DNA of 48,488 nucleotides from positions 1-48,488 of the forward strand of contig DDES01000200.1 in NCBI GenBank assembly GCA_002336765.1. Reading direction: 5' to 3'. The notes beneath the pieces are model-generated. The model did not search any database, was not told the origin of the DNA, and saw only the letters and a program-made list of their open reading frames with translations. The translations under genes and the position numbers were made by a program. Within the stretch, counting starts at the first letter, position 1. Each line of letters opens with the position of its first letter. Below, piece by piece: positions 27,828-37,593 of this stretch. This DNA is from Novosphingobium sp. UBA1948 (GTDB lineage: Bacteria; Pseudomonadota; Alphaproteobacteria; Sphingomonadales; Sphingomonadaceae).

Positions 27828-28628
27828 ATGACCGAATCCCCAAAGGCTGATTCCAAAGCCAAGCCGATCAAGAAGATGCGTGTCGACCAGATGCTGGTGG
27901 AGCGCGGATTGGTGGAGAGCCGCGCGCGGGCGCAGGCGCTGGTGCTGGCGGGGCTGGTGTTTTCGGGCGAGACGAAAATCGCCAAATCGGGTCAGACGCT
28001 GGCGGGCGATGCGCCGCTGGAGCTGCGCGGGCGCGATCATCCCTGGGTGTCGCGCGGAGGAATCAAGCTGGCCCATGCCATCGAGGCTTTCGGGCTGGAT
28101 CCGGCTGGCGCGGTGGCGATGGACATTGGTTCGTCCACGGGCGGCTTTACCGATGTGCTGCTGTCCAAGGGGGCGGCGCATGTGTTTGCGGTGGATTCGG
28201 GCACCAACCAGCTGGCGTGGAAGCTGCGGCAGGATGAACGCGTCACCGTTCTGGAGCAAACCAGCGCCCGCATCCTGACCCGTGACCATATCACGCGGGC
28301 CTGCAACTGGGTGGTGTGCGATGCCAGTTTCATCGGCCTTGCCAAGGTGCTGGAGGTGCCGCTGGCGCTGGCGGCGGAGGATTGCCGACTGGTCGCGCTG
28401 ATCAAGCCGCAGTTCGAGGTGGGGCGCGGCGAAGTGGGCAAGGGCGGGGTGGTGCGTGATCCCGCGCTGCATCAACGGGTTTGCGGCGAAGTGCGCGACT
28501 GGATCGAAGGGCTGGGCTTCGCGGTGGACGGCATCGTGGAAAGCCCGATCACCGGACCGGAAGGCAATATCGAGTTTCTGATGGTTGCACGACGCGGCGG
28601 GGTGGAACCGGCCTTTTCTGCGGGCTGA
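27828..28628 (+). CDS. tlyA: TlyA family rRNA (cytidine-2'-O)-methyltransferase
   Basis: S4 domain (RVDQMLVERGL), VSRGGIKL, DIGSSTGGFTD, LIKPQFE and SPITGPEGNIEF. Confidence 0.95.
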   Translation: MTESPKADSKAKPIKKMRVDQMLVERGLVESRARAQALVLAGLVFSGETKIAKSGQTLAGDAPLELRGRDHPWVSRGGIKLAHAIEAFGLDPAGAVAMDIGSSTGGFTDVLLSKGAAHVFAVDSGTNQLAWKLRQDERVTVLEQTSARILTRDHITRACNWVVCDASFIGLAKVLEVPLALAAEDCRLVALIKPQFEVGRGEVGKGGVVRDPALHQRVCGEVRDWIEGLGFAVDGIVESPITGPEGNIEFLMVARRGGVEPAFSAG

Positions 28629-28808
28629 GTGCCAAAGCTGTTAATGAATCGCCGCGCAAGTGTTTTTCCGGAATTAACTCCGATTTGGAACAGCCTCTAC
28701 ATCGGCCATTGCTAGCGTTTGTGTGCGTCGCCATAAGATCGGCGCCCCCGCGAGTTGGTCAGCAAATACCGGTGGCCGGAGCATGAGCCGGCTGCCCGAA
28801 CAGGATGA

Positions 28809-29372
28809 GTGGCAAGAATGACGGAAATTGCCTCTTCGGGTCAATTGCGTGCCGGTCTGGCGCGCTGGATGCTGGTGTTTGTGCCGGGCATCAACCTGCT
28901 GGGCTTCATTGCGGCGCGGCTGTCCTTTTCGGGGGCCGATAATCCATGGTTCGCCGGATTGACCAAGCCGGACCTTTATCCCCAGCCGGTGGTGTTCCCG
29001 ATTGTCTGGACCCTGCTCTATTGCCTGATGGGCGCGGCGCTGGCGATTGTGGTGGCGGCGCGGGCGGCGCCGGGCCGTGGCTTGGCGATCGGCGCCTTTG
29101 CACTGCATCTGCTGGCCAATCTGGCGTGGTCGCCTTTGTTTTTTGGGGCGCATATGATTTTCGGGGCGCTGGTTTGCGCGCTGGTCATGCTGGCCACGCT
29201 GGTCGTGGTGATCGTGCTGTTTGCCCGCGTGCGGCCGATGGCGGCGGGGCTGCTGGTGCCCTATCTGATGTGGGTGGGCTTTGCCTGCGTGCTGACATGG
29301 CAGGTGCTGCAACTGAACCCGCAGGCCGATGGGCAGGCCGAGGCTGCGCCGGTGGTGCATATCAAGCTGTAA
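28809..29372 (+). CDS. tspO: TspO/MBR tryptophan-rich sensory protein
   Basis: WFAGLTKP...P..VFPIVWTLLY, NLAWSPLFFG and LLVPYLMWVGFA motifs. Start is either GTG 28809 or ATG 28818. Confidence 0.92.
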   Translation: MARMTEIASSGQLRAGLARWMLVFVPGINLLGFIAARLSFSGADNPWFAGLTKPDLYPQPVVFPIVWTLLYCLMGAALAIVVAARAAPGRGLAIGAFALHLLANLAWSPLFFGAHMIFGALVCALVMLATLVVVIVLFARVRPMAAGLLVPYLMWVGFACVLTWQVLQLNPQADGQAEAAPVVHIKL

Positions 29373-29478
29373 GGTGTCCTCTTCCCCCTTGCGCAGTTCG
29401 CGGGGCGGGGCCATTTAGGCGGGCATGAGGCGGGGGCGCTTGCGGCCCCTCGCAAGCACGCCAGCGAAAGGCCTTTTT

Positions 29479-29727
29479 ATGCAAAGCGACAACCCCCTGA
29501 TTGCCGATTTCGTCAAGATGATGAACAGCGCGGCGGGCACTTTTGCCGGTGTGACGCGCGAGGCACGCGAAGGCGCGCGCGAGAAGTTCCGCGAGGCGTT
29601 TGGCGGGCTGGACTTTGTGAGCCGCGAGGAATTCGACACGGTGAAGGCGATGGCCGCCACCGCGCGCGAGGAAGTGGACGCGCTCAAGGAAAAGCTGGCC
29701 GCGCTGGAAGCCAAGATCGGCGGCTAA
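29479..29727 (+). CDS. ubiK: Accessory factor UbiK / BMFP family protein
   Basis: LDFVSREEFD motif followed by a C-terminal coiled coil. Confidence 0.85.
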   Translation: MQSDNPLIADFVKMMNSAAGTFAGVTREAREGAREKFREAFGGLDFVSREEFDTVKAMAATAREEVDALKEKLAALEAKIGG

Positions 29728-29736
29728 AGCCTTCGC

Positions 29737-29919
29737 GTGAAAACCCGCCCCGCGATCTGCGCCCGCAAACGGCGCTATGCCAGCGAGGCGGAGGCTGTCG
29801 AGGCGGCGCTAGCGGCACAGGTGACGCTGCGACCCTATCGCTGCGCTCTTTGCCGCCGCTATCACCTCACCAGCCGGACCAAGGGGATGCGTAGTCTGCC
29901 GCGCCTAAAGTCCCCTTGA
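29737..29919 (+). CDS. Small hypothetical protein, putative Zn-binding
   Basis: 60 aa with C..KRRY and PYRCALCRRYHLTS (C, CxxC, H). Fills the gap 10 bp after ubiK. Confidence 0.6.
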   Translation: MKTRPAICARKRRYASEAEAVEAALAAQVTLRPYRCALCRRYHLTSRTKGMRSLPRLKSP

Positions 29920-30064
29920 CGAACCCGCCTTTCCCCCGCCACCCTCGCGCGTACGTGTGAGAGAAAGGTCGGCGCCCTGTTGCGCGCTGCCTTGATCGCC
30001 TGCCATCCGGCTTGGGAAGTTGCCCTTTCCCTACGCCGAAACAAAAGATTGCGTGCCCGAACTT

Positions 30065-32662
30065 ATGCAGCTTGTGATTGTTGAATCGCCCGCCAAGGCC
30101 AAGACCATCGAGAAATATCTCGGCAAGGATTACCGCGTGCTGGCCTCCTATGGCCATATCCGCGACCTGCCGCCCAAGGATGGCTCGGTGCGCCCCGACG
30201 AGGGCTTTGCCATGGATTGGGAACTGTATGGCGACAAGCAGAGCCGCGTGCGCGAGATCACCGATCTGGCCAAGCAGGCCGACCGTCTGATCCTCGCGAC
30301 TGACCCTGATCGCGAGGGTGAGGCGATTTCGTGGCATGTGAAGGAACTGTTGGCCAAGCGCCGCGCGCTGCCCAAGGAGGTCGAGCGCGTTACGTTCAAC
30401 GCGATCACCAAGGAAGCCGTTACCACGGCGATGAAACATCCGCGCGAGCTGGATCAGGATCTGATCGACGCCTATCTCGCCCGCCGCGCGCTGGACTATC
30501 TGTTCGGTTTCACGCTCTCGCCGGTGCTGTGGCGCAAGCTGCCCGGTGCCAAATCGGCGGGGCGTGTGCAGTCGGTGGCCTTGCGCCTGATCGTGCAGCG
30601 CGAGCGCGAGATCGAGGCGTTCAGGCCCGAGGAATATTGGCAGGTCGTCGCCAGAATGCTGCATGACGGCACCCATTTCCCCGCGCGTCTGGTAAAGTTT
30701 GAAGGAAAGAAGCTCGAGAAGCTGAGTCTTGGCGAGGCGGGCATCGCGGCCCGTGCCAAGGCGGCGGTGGAAGGCGGGGCTTTCCGCGTGGAAGAGGTCG
30801 AGACCAAGCCTGTCCGCCGCAACCCCTATCCGCCCTTCACCACCTCCACCCTGCAACAGGAAGCCGCGCGCAAGCTGGGCTTTTCGGCCAGCCATACGAT
30901 GCGCGTGGCCCAGACGCTGTATGAGGCCGGCGCGATCACCTATATGCGTACCGATGGTGTGCAGATGGACCACAGCGCTATCGCCGCCGCGCGTCAGGAG
31001 ATCCACAACCGCTTCTCCGGCCATTACGCGCCCGAAAAGCCGCGCCACTATGAAACCAAGGCCAAGAACGCGCAGGAGGCCCACGAGGCCATCCGCCCGA
31101 CCGATTTCAGCCGCGACACCTATGGCAGCGGCGACGAGGCCAGACTCTATAGCCTGATCTGGAAGCGCGCCCTTGCCAGCCAGATGGCCAGCGCCGCGCT
31201 GGAGCGTACCACCGTCACCCTGCGCGATGGCACGGGCAGCCACGAATTGCGCGCCACCGGTCAGGTCGTCAAATTCCCCGGCTTCATGGCGGTCTATGAT
31301 GAAAGCCGCGACCAGAAGGCGGATGACGACGAGGACGGCAACCTGCTGCCTGTGATGAACAAGGGCGATATGCCGGCGAAAGAAGGTGTCGAGGCGACCC
31401 AGCATTTCACCCAGCCGCCACCGCGTTTCTCGGAAGCCTCGCTGGTCAAGCGGCTGGAGGAATTGGGCATCGGTCGCCCGTCCACCTATGCTGCCACGCT
31501 TCAGGTGCTCAAGGACCGCGCCTATGTGCGCACCGAGAAAAACCGTTTCTTTGCCGAGGAAAGCGGGCGACTGCTCACCGCGTTTCTGGAACGCTTCTTC
31601 CCCCGCTATGTCGCCTATGAATTCACGGCGGGCATGGAGGACGAGCTGGACGATGTCTCGGGCGGGCGGGCCGCGTGGCGCGCGGTGCTCGAAGCCTTCT
31701 GGAAGGATTTCAAGCCCAAGTCCGACGAGGTGATGGAGAAGAAGCCTTCGGAAGTGACCGAGGCGCTCGACGAGTTCCTCGCCGACTATCTCTTCCCGCC
31801 CAAGGAAGATGGGTCAGACCCGCGTAAATGCCCTGCCTGCGAGGCGGGCCGCCTCAGCTTGCGTGGCGGACGCTATGGCGCCTTTATTGCCTGCAACAAC
31901 TATCCCGAATGCAAGTTCACCCGCAAATTCGCTCAACCAGGCGGCGCTGACGGCGCGGGCGAGGAAGGCGAGCTGGGCAAGCATCCCGAGACGGGCGAGC
32001 CGATCCTCCGCAAGGCGGGCCGCTTTGGTCCCTATATCCAGACGGGTGAGGGGGACACCAAGAAGATGGCCAGCATCCCCAAGGATATTGGCGAGATGAC
32101 GCTGGACTGGGCGGTGAAACTGCTCGGCTTGCCGCGCACCATCGGCCAGCATCCTGAAACGGGCGAACCGATCACCGCCAGCATTGGCCGTTATGGCCCC
32201 TATCTGGCGCATCAGGGCAAATATGCCCGCCTGAAATCCACGGCCGAAGTGTTTGATACGGGGATGAACCTTGCGGTCACCAAGCTGGCCGAGGCGGCGG
32301 CGGGTGGCGTCCGCGGCAGCCGCACCGCTGCCGAGCCGCTCAAGGTGTTTGGCGCCCACCCCACCAGCGGTGGCGAGATCAAGCTGCTGGCGGGCCGCTA
32401 TGGCGCCTATGTCACCGATGGCACCACCAACGCTACCCTGCCCAAGGCGGTGGATCAGGCCACGCTGACGCTGGAACAGGCGATCACGCTGATCGACGAG
32501 AAGGCCGCCAAGGGACCGGCGAAGGGCAAGAAAAAGGCGGCTCCCAAGAAAGCCGCCGCCAAGAAACCGGCCGCGAAAAAGGCCGTGGACGGCGAGAAAC
32601 CGGCCGCCAAAAAGGCACCGGCCAAGAAGACGGCCCCCAAGAAAGCCGTCAAAGAGGCCTAG
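30065..32662 (+). CDS. topA: DNA topoisomerase I
   Basis: LVIVESPAKAK, LATDPDREGE, SAGRVQS, ITYMRTD (catalytic Tyr), one Zn ribbon, GRYGPY repeats, Lys/Ala-rich tail. Confidence 0.98.
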   Translation: MQLVIVESPAKAKTIEKYLGKDYRVLASYGHIRDLPPKDGSVRPDEGFAMDWELYGDKQSRVREITDLAKQADRLILATDPDREGEAISWHVKELLAKRRALPKEVERVTFNAITKEAVTTAMKHPRELDQDLIDAYLARRALDYLFGFTLSPVLWRKLPGAKSAGRVQSVALRLIVQREREIEAFRPEEYWQVVARMLHDGTHFPARLVKFEGKKLEKLSLGEAGIAARAKAAVEGGAFRVEEVETKPVRRNPYPPFTTSTLQQEAARKLGFSASHTMRVAQTLYEAGAITYMRTDGVQMDHSAIAAARQEIHNRFSGHYAPEKPRHYETKAKNAQEAHEAIRPTDFSRDTYGSGDEARLYSLIWKRALASQMASAALERTTVTLRDGTGSHELRATGQVVKFPGFMAVYDESRDQKADDDEDGNLLPVMNKGDMPAKEGVEATQHFTQPPPRFSEASLVKRLEELGIGRPSTYAATLQVLKDRAYVRTEKNRFFAEESGRLLTAFLERFFPRYVAYEFTAGMEDELDDVSGGRAAWRAVLEAFWKDFKPKSDEVMEKKPSEVTEALDEFLADYLFPPKEDGSDPRKCPACEAGRLSLRGGRYGAFIACNNYPECKFTRKFAQPGGADGAGEEGELGKHPETGEPILRKAGRFGPYIQTGEGDTKKMASIPKDIGEMTLDWAVKLLGLPRTIGQHPETGEPITASIGRYGPYLAHQGKYARLKSTAEVFDTGMNLAVTKLAEAAAGGVRGSRTAAEPLKVFGAHPTSGGEIKLLAGRYGAYVTDGTTNATLPKAVDQATLTLEQAITLIDEKAAKGPAKGKKKAAPKKAAAKKPAAKKAVDGEKPAAKKAPAKKTAPKKAVKEA

Positions 32663-34269
32663 AAATCCGCGCGGGAGAGGCAGCACACGCCGTCATACTC
32701 CCGCGCCTTGGCCCGTACATGCGGCTCCATGAAGCGGCAGGCCACCACCACGCCATCCATCCCTTGCGCGCGCAGATAGGCCAGCGGATTGCTGATCCCG
32801 CCCCGCCATTGCGGATCGAGCACCGAAAGGTGATGATCGGGCAGGCGGGTGGCCATGAAGGTGAAATAACTCGCATCGTCGATCAACAGGCGTTGCGCGT
32901 GGTTATCGGGCGTGATGCCACAGAGCCCCGCCGCCCGCGTGATGCGCGCGCGCGCCTGCGCATAATGGAACACCGGCACCGACAGCGGCTGCTCGGCCAG
33001 ATAGCCCGAGGCGCGACTGGCCCCGACCAGCGATGGCCCGTAGATCGCGCCCACCAGCACCATGCTCAGCAACATCGCCGCGCCGGTCAGCCCCGCCCAG
33101 CCTTGCGCGCGCGGCGAGGCCGGAGTTGCCGACAGGGCCGCGCCATAGGCCATCGCCAGCAAGGGCAGCACAAAGGCGGCTTCATAGACATTGCGCACCA
33201 CCTGCGCCGCGCCATAGGCCGAGGCCGCGCCAAACAGCAGCAGAGCGAACACCACCCGCAGATCGCAGATCGCCGCGCGCCACCGGCCCTTGACCGCCCG
33301 CCACAGCGCGCCACCCGCCAGCAGAAAGCCGAAGAACCACAGCGCGATCATAACCGCGCTCCACGCGATCTGCTCGGGCTTGGACACCAGATGATAGGGT
33401 AGCCAATGCGACATGGGCGTCACATCGGGCGCGGCCAGCGTGACATAGGCGGGCAGGTTGTAATTGCCGAGCAGCGTCAGCAGATGGCCGAAAATTCCTG
33501 CCTGCGGATCGAAATGCAGACTTTGTTCGGCATGTTGCGCGGCCAGCAGCGGATCGCCCGCGCAGGACAGTCGCGCGAACCAGTGCTGCGCCGAGGCCAC
33601 CGCCAGCCCGACCAGCGCAAACCCCGCCAGCACCCGCAGGGCAAGCGTGGCGCGCCGCCGGTCCGCCAGCAGCGCGCAGAGGACAAACACCGGCACCAGC
33701 AGCAAGGCCTTGAAGTGATAGGACAGCGCGATCGCCCCCAGCGCCACCACGGCAGGCGCGCGCCACCATGAAGCCCGGCTCTGCCCATCCCATGCCAGCA
33801 GCAGCGCGGCGGTGAGGCACAGCAGGATCGGCTGTTCGGGGCGGCTCCACACCAGTTGCAGCGGCAGCGTACCCAACCCGAGCAGCCCCACCACCAGCAC
33901 GGTGGCGCATCGCCCAGCCTCCATTCGCCGCAGCAGCGCCAACACCATCCAGCCCCAAGCCAGTGCGTAGGCCACGCCGGACACCCGCACCCACAAGGGA
34001 TCGGGAAAAGCGCTGTTGAAATAGCCCGAATACCAGCGCACCGGCCACATGAACCACAAGGGGCGGGCGAGTGTGTCTGGCCCGCATTGCTCGGAATAGA
34101 GCTTGTCCACCCCGTCCAGTCCTGCGCGCTCCTGCAGGCGCCAGCCCACCTCGTCGCTGTAGACCGGCACCAGCAGGCCCAGCAGCAGTGACAGACCCCA
34201 TGCGCCAGCCACCAAGCGGGTAAAGGCAGGGCTGGCCCCCAGGGCCTTCAGACGGGCAAACAGCGGCAT
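32659..34269 (-). CDS. Polytopic membrane protein, possible GT-C-fold glycosyltransferase
   Basis: Many TM segments, YSDE motif after TM1, SRPEQ motif. Starts 5 bp after the upstream gene. Confidence 0.6.
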   Translation of the reverse strand: MPLFARLKALGASPAFTRLVAGAWGLSLLLGLLVPVYSDEVGWRLQERAGLDGVDKLYSEQCGPDTLARPLWFMWPVRWYSGYFNSAFPDPLWVRVSGVAYALAWGWMVLALLRRMEAGRCATVLVVGLLGLGTLPLQLVWSRPEQPILLCLTAALLLAWDGQSRASWWRAPAVVALGAIALSYHFKALLLVPVFVLCALLADRRRATLALRVLAGFALVGLAVASAQHWFARLSCAGDPLLAAQHAEQSLHFDPQAGIFGHLLTLLGNYNLPAYVTLAAPDVTPMSHWLPYHLVSKPEQIAWSAVMIALWFFGFLLAGGALWRAVKGRWRAAICDLRVVFALLLFGAASAYGAAQVVRNVYEAAFVLPLLAMAYGAALSATPASPRAQGWAGLTGAAMLLSMVLVGAIYGPSLVGASRASGYLAEQPLSVPVFHYAQARARITRAAGLCGITPDNHAQRLLIDDASYFTFMATRLPDHHLSVLDPQWRGGISNPLAYLRAQGMDGVVVACRFMEPHVRAKAREYDGVCCLSRADF

Positions 34270-34273
34270 GGGT

Positions 34274-35872
34274 TTACCGGCGGGCGAGGCGCTGGTTGGC
34301 CAAGGGGTGACCGGCCATCTTCTGGTCCGAGCGCGGCTTGAGCGCGTAAAGCTCGAAACTGCGCGCGCCGGCCTGCTGGATTGCGAAACGGTCATAATCG
34401 CGGGCCAGCGCCGAGAGCAGGATGCGCCGCGATTCCCAGTTCACCGGCTTGGAGAAAGGCTGGCTTTGCATCACCACCACGCTCGGCTTGCTGCGCAGGA
34501 TCGCCCGCATCTCGCCGTTCACATTGGTGCCCAGCGCGAATTTCTCGCTCTCGTTGTTGAGATGGTTGGGGAAGGCATAATGGCTGGGCAGGCACGAGCC
34601 GGTCAGTTGATAGAGGATCGGGTCGCCCTCGTTGACATAGAGGCAGCCATCGCCCAGCCGCGGGCGGATCATCTCGGCCATCGCGGTGATCGCCTCGCGC
34701 TCGCCCTGATGGCGCATGTTGGCCACGGTCACCACCAGCGCGGCCAGCGCCGAAAAGCCCAGCGCATACCACGCCAGCCAGCGATAGCGGCGCGGCGGCG
34801 CGAAAGCGGGCGCGGCCAGCACCACCAGCGGCACCAGCAGCGGGGCAACATAATGGTCATACCAAGTGCCGAAAATCAGGAAGCCCAGCACGGCGGCGCC
34901 CGCCCAATAACGCAGGAAGCCGCGCGCATCGGCCTGATCGGGCGAGGGCGCGGGCAGGTGGCGCGGCGCCCACAGGATCGCCAGCCCCAGCGGCAGCAGC
35001 GCGAGGCATTCCTTGGTGAGCCGCCATAGCGAGCCGAGAAAGGCCTCATGCCGCCCGAAGATCGAGAGGAAATTGGTCTGCACGAATTGTTCGCCATAGC
35101 CCATCGCCACATAGGCGCCCCATGCCGCCGCCGTGGGCAGCAGCGCGATGGCACACCACAGGCTGGCCGCGCCCAGAATGGCCCAGCGGTGCCATCCGAC
35201 GCGATGGGCATGAGCCATCAGCGCGAGGCCGAAGGCAAAGCCCTCGAACACCACGGTGTATTTCATCTGGATGGAGATGCCGACCAGCGCCATGATCGCC
35301 GCGCCATGCAGCACCAGCCGCCGGTCATCCGGCGTGGTCCACACCCGCAGCATGCCAAGCCCCGCCAGAGCCATCAGCAGATTGTAATAGACCGGCGCCT
35401 GTCCGCCATAGCAGAAGAAGGCCGAGAGATAGCATTGATAGACCACGCCAGCTGCCAGCGCGGCCTGCGGGCTGGCATGGGCGCGGGCGAGGCGGTAGAT
35501 CACCAGCGAGGTGGCCACCACGCTGGCCAGCGCGATCAACTGGTATTGCAGGATGCCATCGCCGCCCATCGCGCGCATCGCCGCGAACAGCAGAAACAGG
35601 CCCACCGGCTTGCGATCCCAGATGTCGACATAGGGCACCGCGCCCTGCAACATGCGGTCGCCCACCAGCAGATAGAATTGCTCGTCAATATGGATGGCCG
35701 GAAAGCCGAGCGTCGCCCCGCGCAGCAGCAGCGCCACGCCAAGCTGGAACATCACCACCAGCACCATTTCCCGCCAGCGCAACGCATCGCGCGCCGACAG
35801 GGTCAGGGCGGGGGACGAGGGGGGTGCGAAAGAGCGCAGCCTATGCGGCAGAGCTGCGATGAATTGCACCAT
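34274..35872 (-). CDS. ArnT/PMT-like (GT39/GT83-type, GT-C) membrane glycosyltransferase
   Basis: HIDEQFY and PYVDIWDRKPVG in the first loop, multiple TMs, periplasmic C-terminal domain. Confidence 0.75.
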   Translation of the reverse strand: MVQFIAALPHRLRSFAPPSSPALTLSARDALRWREMVLVVMFQLGVALLLRGATLGFPAIHIDEQFYLLVGDRMLQGAVPYVDIWDRKPVGLFLLFAAMRAMGGDGILQYQLIALASVVATSLVIYRLARAHASPQAALAAGVVYQCYLSAFFCYGGQAPVYYNLLMALAGLGMLRVWTTPDDRRLVLHGAAIMALVGISIQMKYTVVFEGFAFGLALMAHAHRVGWHRWAILGAASLWCAIALLPTAAAWGAYVAMGYGEQFVQTNFLSIFGRHEAFLGSLWRLTKECLALLPLGLAILWAPRHLPAPSPDQADARGFLRYWAGAAVLGFLIFGTWYDHYVAPLLVPLVVLAAPAFAPPRRYRWLAWYALGFSALAALVVTVANMRHQGEREAITAMAEMIRPRLGDGCLYVNEGDPILYQLTGSCLPSHYAFPNHLNNESEKFALGTNVNGEMRAILRSKPSVVVMQSQPFSKPVNWESRRILLSALARDYDRFAIQQAGARSFELYALKPRSDQKMAGHPLANQRLARR

Positions 35873-35956
35873 AGAATGACTAGCTCCGATCCGCCGCCCG
35901 GTTACCTGACTTCATGCGCCAACCCTTGCCCCTGTGCAAGGGGGTGGAACAACCGA

Positions 35957-36871
35957 TTACTTGACCCATTCGAGGCCAATTTCCTCATAGATTTCCTTGC
36001 TGTCGGCCCAGCGCTCGTCCACCTTCACATGCAGGAACAGATGGACCTTCTGGCCAAGGATTTCGGCCAGTTCCTTGCGCGCGGCCTCGCCGATCGCCTT
36101 GATGCGGGCGCCGCCCTTGCCCAGCACGATGCTCTTCTGGCTTTCGCGCGCGATCACGATCTGCTGGCGGATTTCCACCGAACCGTCCTTGCGCTGGATA
36201 TAGGCCTCGGGGCGCACGGTGCTGTCATAGGGCAACTCGTCATTCAACTGGCGATAGAGTTGCTCGCGGGTGATCTCGGCGGCCAGCAGGCGTTCGGAGG
36301 CATCCGACACCTGATCCTCGGGGAAGTTCCAAGGCCCTTCGGGCATCAGATCGGCCAGACGTGCCTTCAGTTCCGCCACGCCGTCATTCGTGCTGGCCGA
36401 GATGAAGAAGATCTCGTCGAAGGGGATAATCTCGTTCAGTTCCTGAGCAATAACCAGCAGCGGTTCCTTGGCGATCAGGTCCACCTTGTTGAGCGCCAGC
36501 AGCTTGCGCTCGGGGCGACCCTTCAGCGATTCGAGAATCTCGTTCAACTGGTCACGGTTCTTCTTGGCGGCGTCCACCACCAGCAGGATCGCGTCGGCCT
36601 CGCTGGCACCTTCCCATGCAGCGGCCACCATGGCGCGGTCCAGACGGCGGCGCGGGGCGAAGATACCGGGCGTGTCGGCCAGAATGATCTGGGCATTATG
36701 CTTGTCCGACTGTTCCAGCGCGATGCCCATCAGGCGCGTGCGCGTGGTCTGCGCCTTGGACGAGACGATCGCCACCTTTTGCCCCACCAGCGCGTTGACC
36801 AGCGTGGATTTGCCCGCATTGGGGGCGCCGATCACGGCCACCAGACCGCAACTTTCGGGGATTTCACTCAT
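35957..36871 (-). CDS. era: GTPase Era
   Basis: GAPNAGKST, QTTR, DTPG, NKVD and KH domain (IVLGKGG). Confidence 0.97.
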   Translation of the reverse strand: MSEIPESCGLVAVIGAPNAGKSTLVNALVGQKVAIVSSKAQTTRTRLMGIALEQSDKHNAQIILADTPGIFAPRRRLDRAMVAAAWEGASEADAILLVVDAAKKNRDQLNEILESLKGRPERKLLALNKVDLIAKEPLLVIAQELNEIIPFDEIFFISASTNDGVAELKARLADLMPEGPWNFPEDQVSDASERLLAAEITREQLYRQLNDELPYDSTVRPEAYIQRKDGSVEIRQQIVIARESQKSIVLGKGGARIKAIGEAARKELAEILGQKVHLFLHVKVDERWADSKEIYEEIGLEWVK

Positions 36872-37593
36872 CCGTAAACTTTCAGGAATTGCGCAGCGGC
36901 CAGCGTTTCGGCCTCCTGCTTGGAAGAAGCGGTCGCCTCGACCTCGCCCACGCCTTTGACGGCGACGGCCACGGTGAAGCGGGCGGCATGGTCAGGACCT
37001 TCGCGGGTGACCAGACGGTATTCGGGGGGTTTGCGGCGGTTGCCCGCCGACCATTCCTGAAGCGCGGATTTGGGATGCTTGGACTGGCCCGCACGCCCGC
37101 CCACGGCCTCGGCCCACAGGCGGCGGATCATGGCGCGCGTGGGATCAAAGCCATAGAGCACAAAATGCGCGCCGATCAGCGCTTCCATCACATCGCCAAG
37201 GATGTTGTCGCTATCGGCCCCGCCATCGTCGCGCGCCTGCTTGCCCAGCAGGATATGCGGCGGCAGGCCCACGCGGCGTGCCACGCTGGCGCACATCTGG
37301 CGGCTGACCAGCACGTTGAGGCGCTGCGACAGTTTGCCCTCGGCATCGCCCTCGTTCTGGTAAAGCCAGTCGGCAATGGACAGGCCCAGCACACGGTCGC
37401 CCAGAAATTCGAGCCGCTGATAGTCCTCGGGCAATTTCTGGCCGGTCTTGGTGCGGCCACGCTGGCCAAATTGCGCGGTGTAGGAGCCATGGGTGAGTGC
37501 CGCGCGCCAGACATCCTCCGTGCCCACCGGCGCGCCGGTCAGCTCGGCCAGAAAGGCGCGGGTTGCTTCGGGAAGCGGAGCGTCAGCGCTCAA
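36868..37593 (-). CDS. rnc: Ribonuclease III
   Basis: ALTHGS, QRLEFLGDRVLG, DVMEALIGA and dsRBD (HPKSALQE...GPDH). Start inferred at TTG 37593 overlapping the lepB stop. Confidence 0.95.
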   Translation of the reverse strand: MSADAPLPEATRAFLAELTGAPVGTEDVWRAALTHGSYTAQFGQRGRTKTGQKLPEDYQRLEFLGDRVLGLSIADWLYQNEGDAEGKLSQRLNVLVSRQMCASVARRVGLPPHILLGKQARDDGGADSDNILGDVMEALIGAHFVLYGFDPTRAMIRRLWAEAVGGRAGQSKHPKSALQEWSAGNRRKPPEYRLVTREGPDHAARFTVAVAVKGVGEVEATASSKQEAETLAAAQFLKVYG

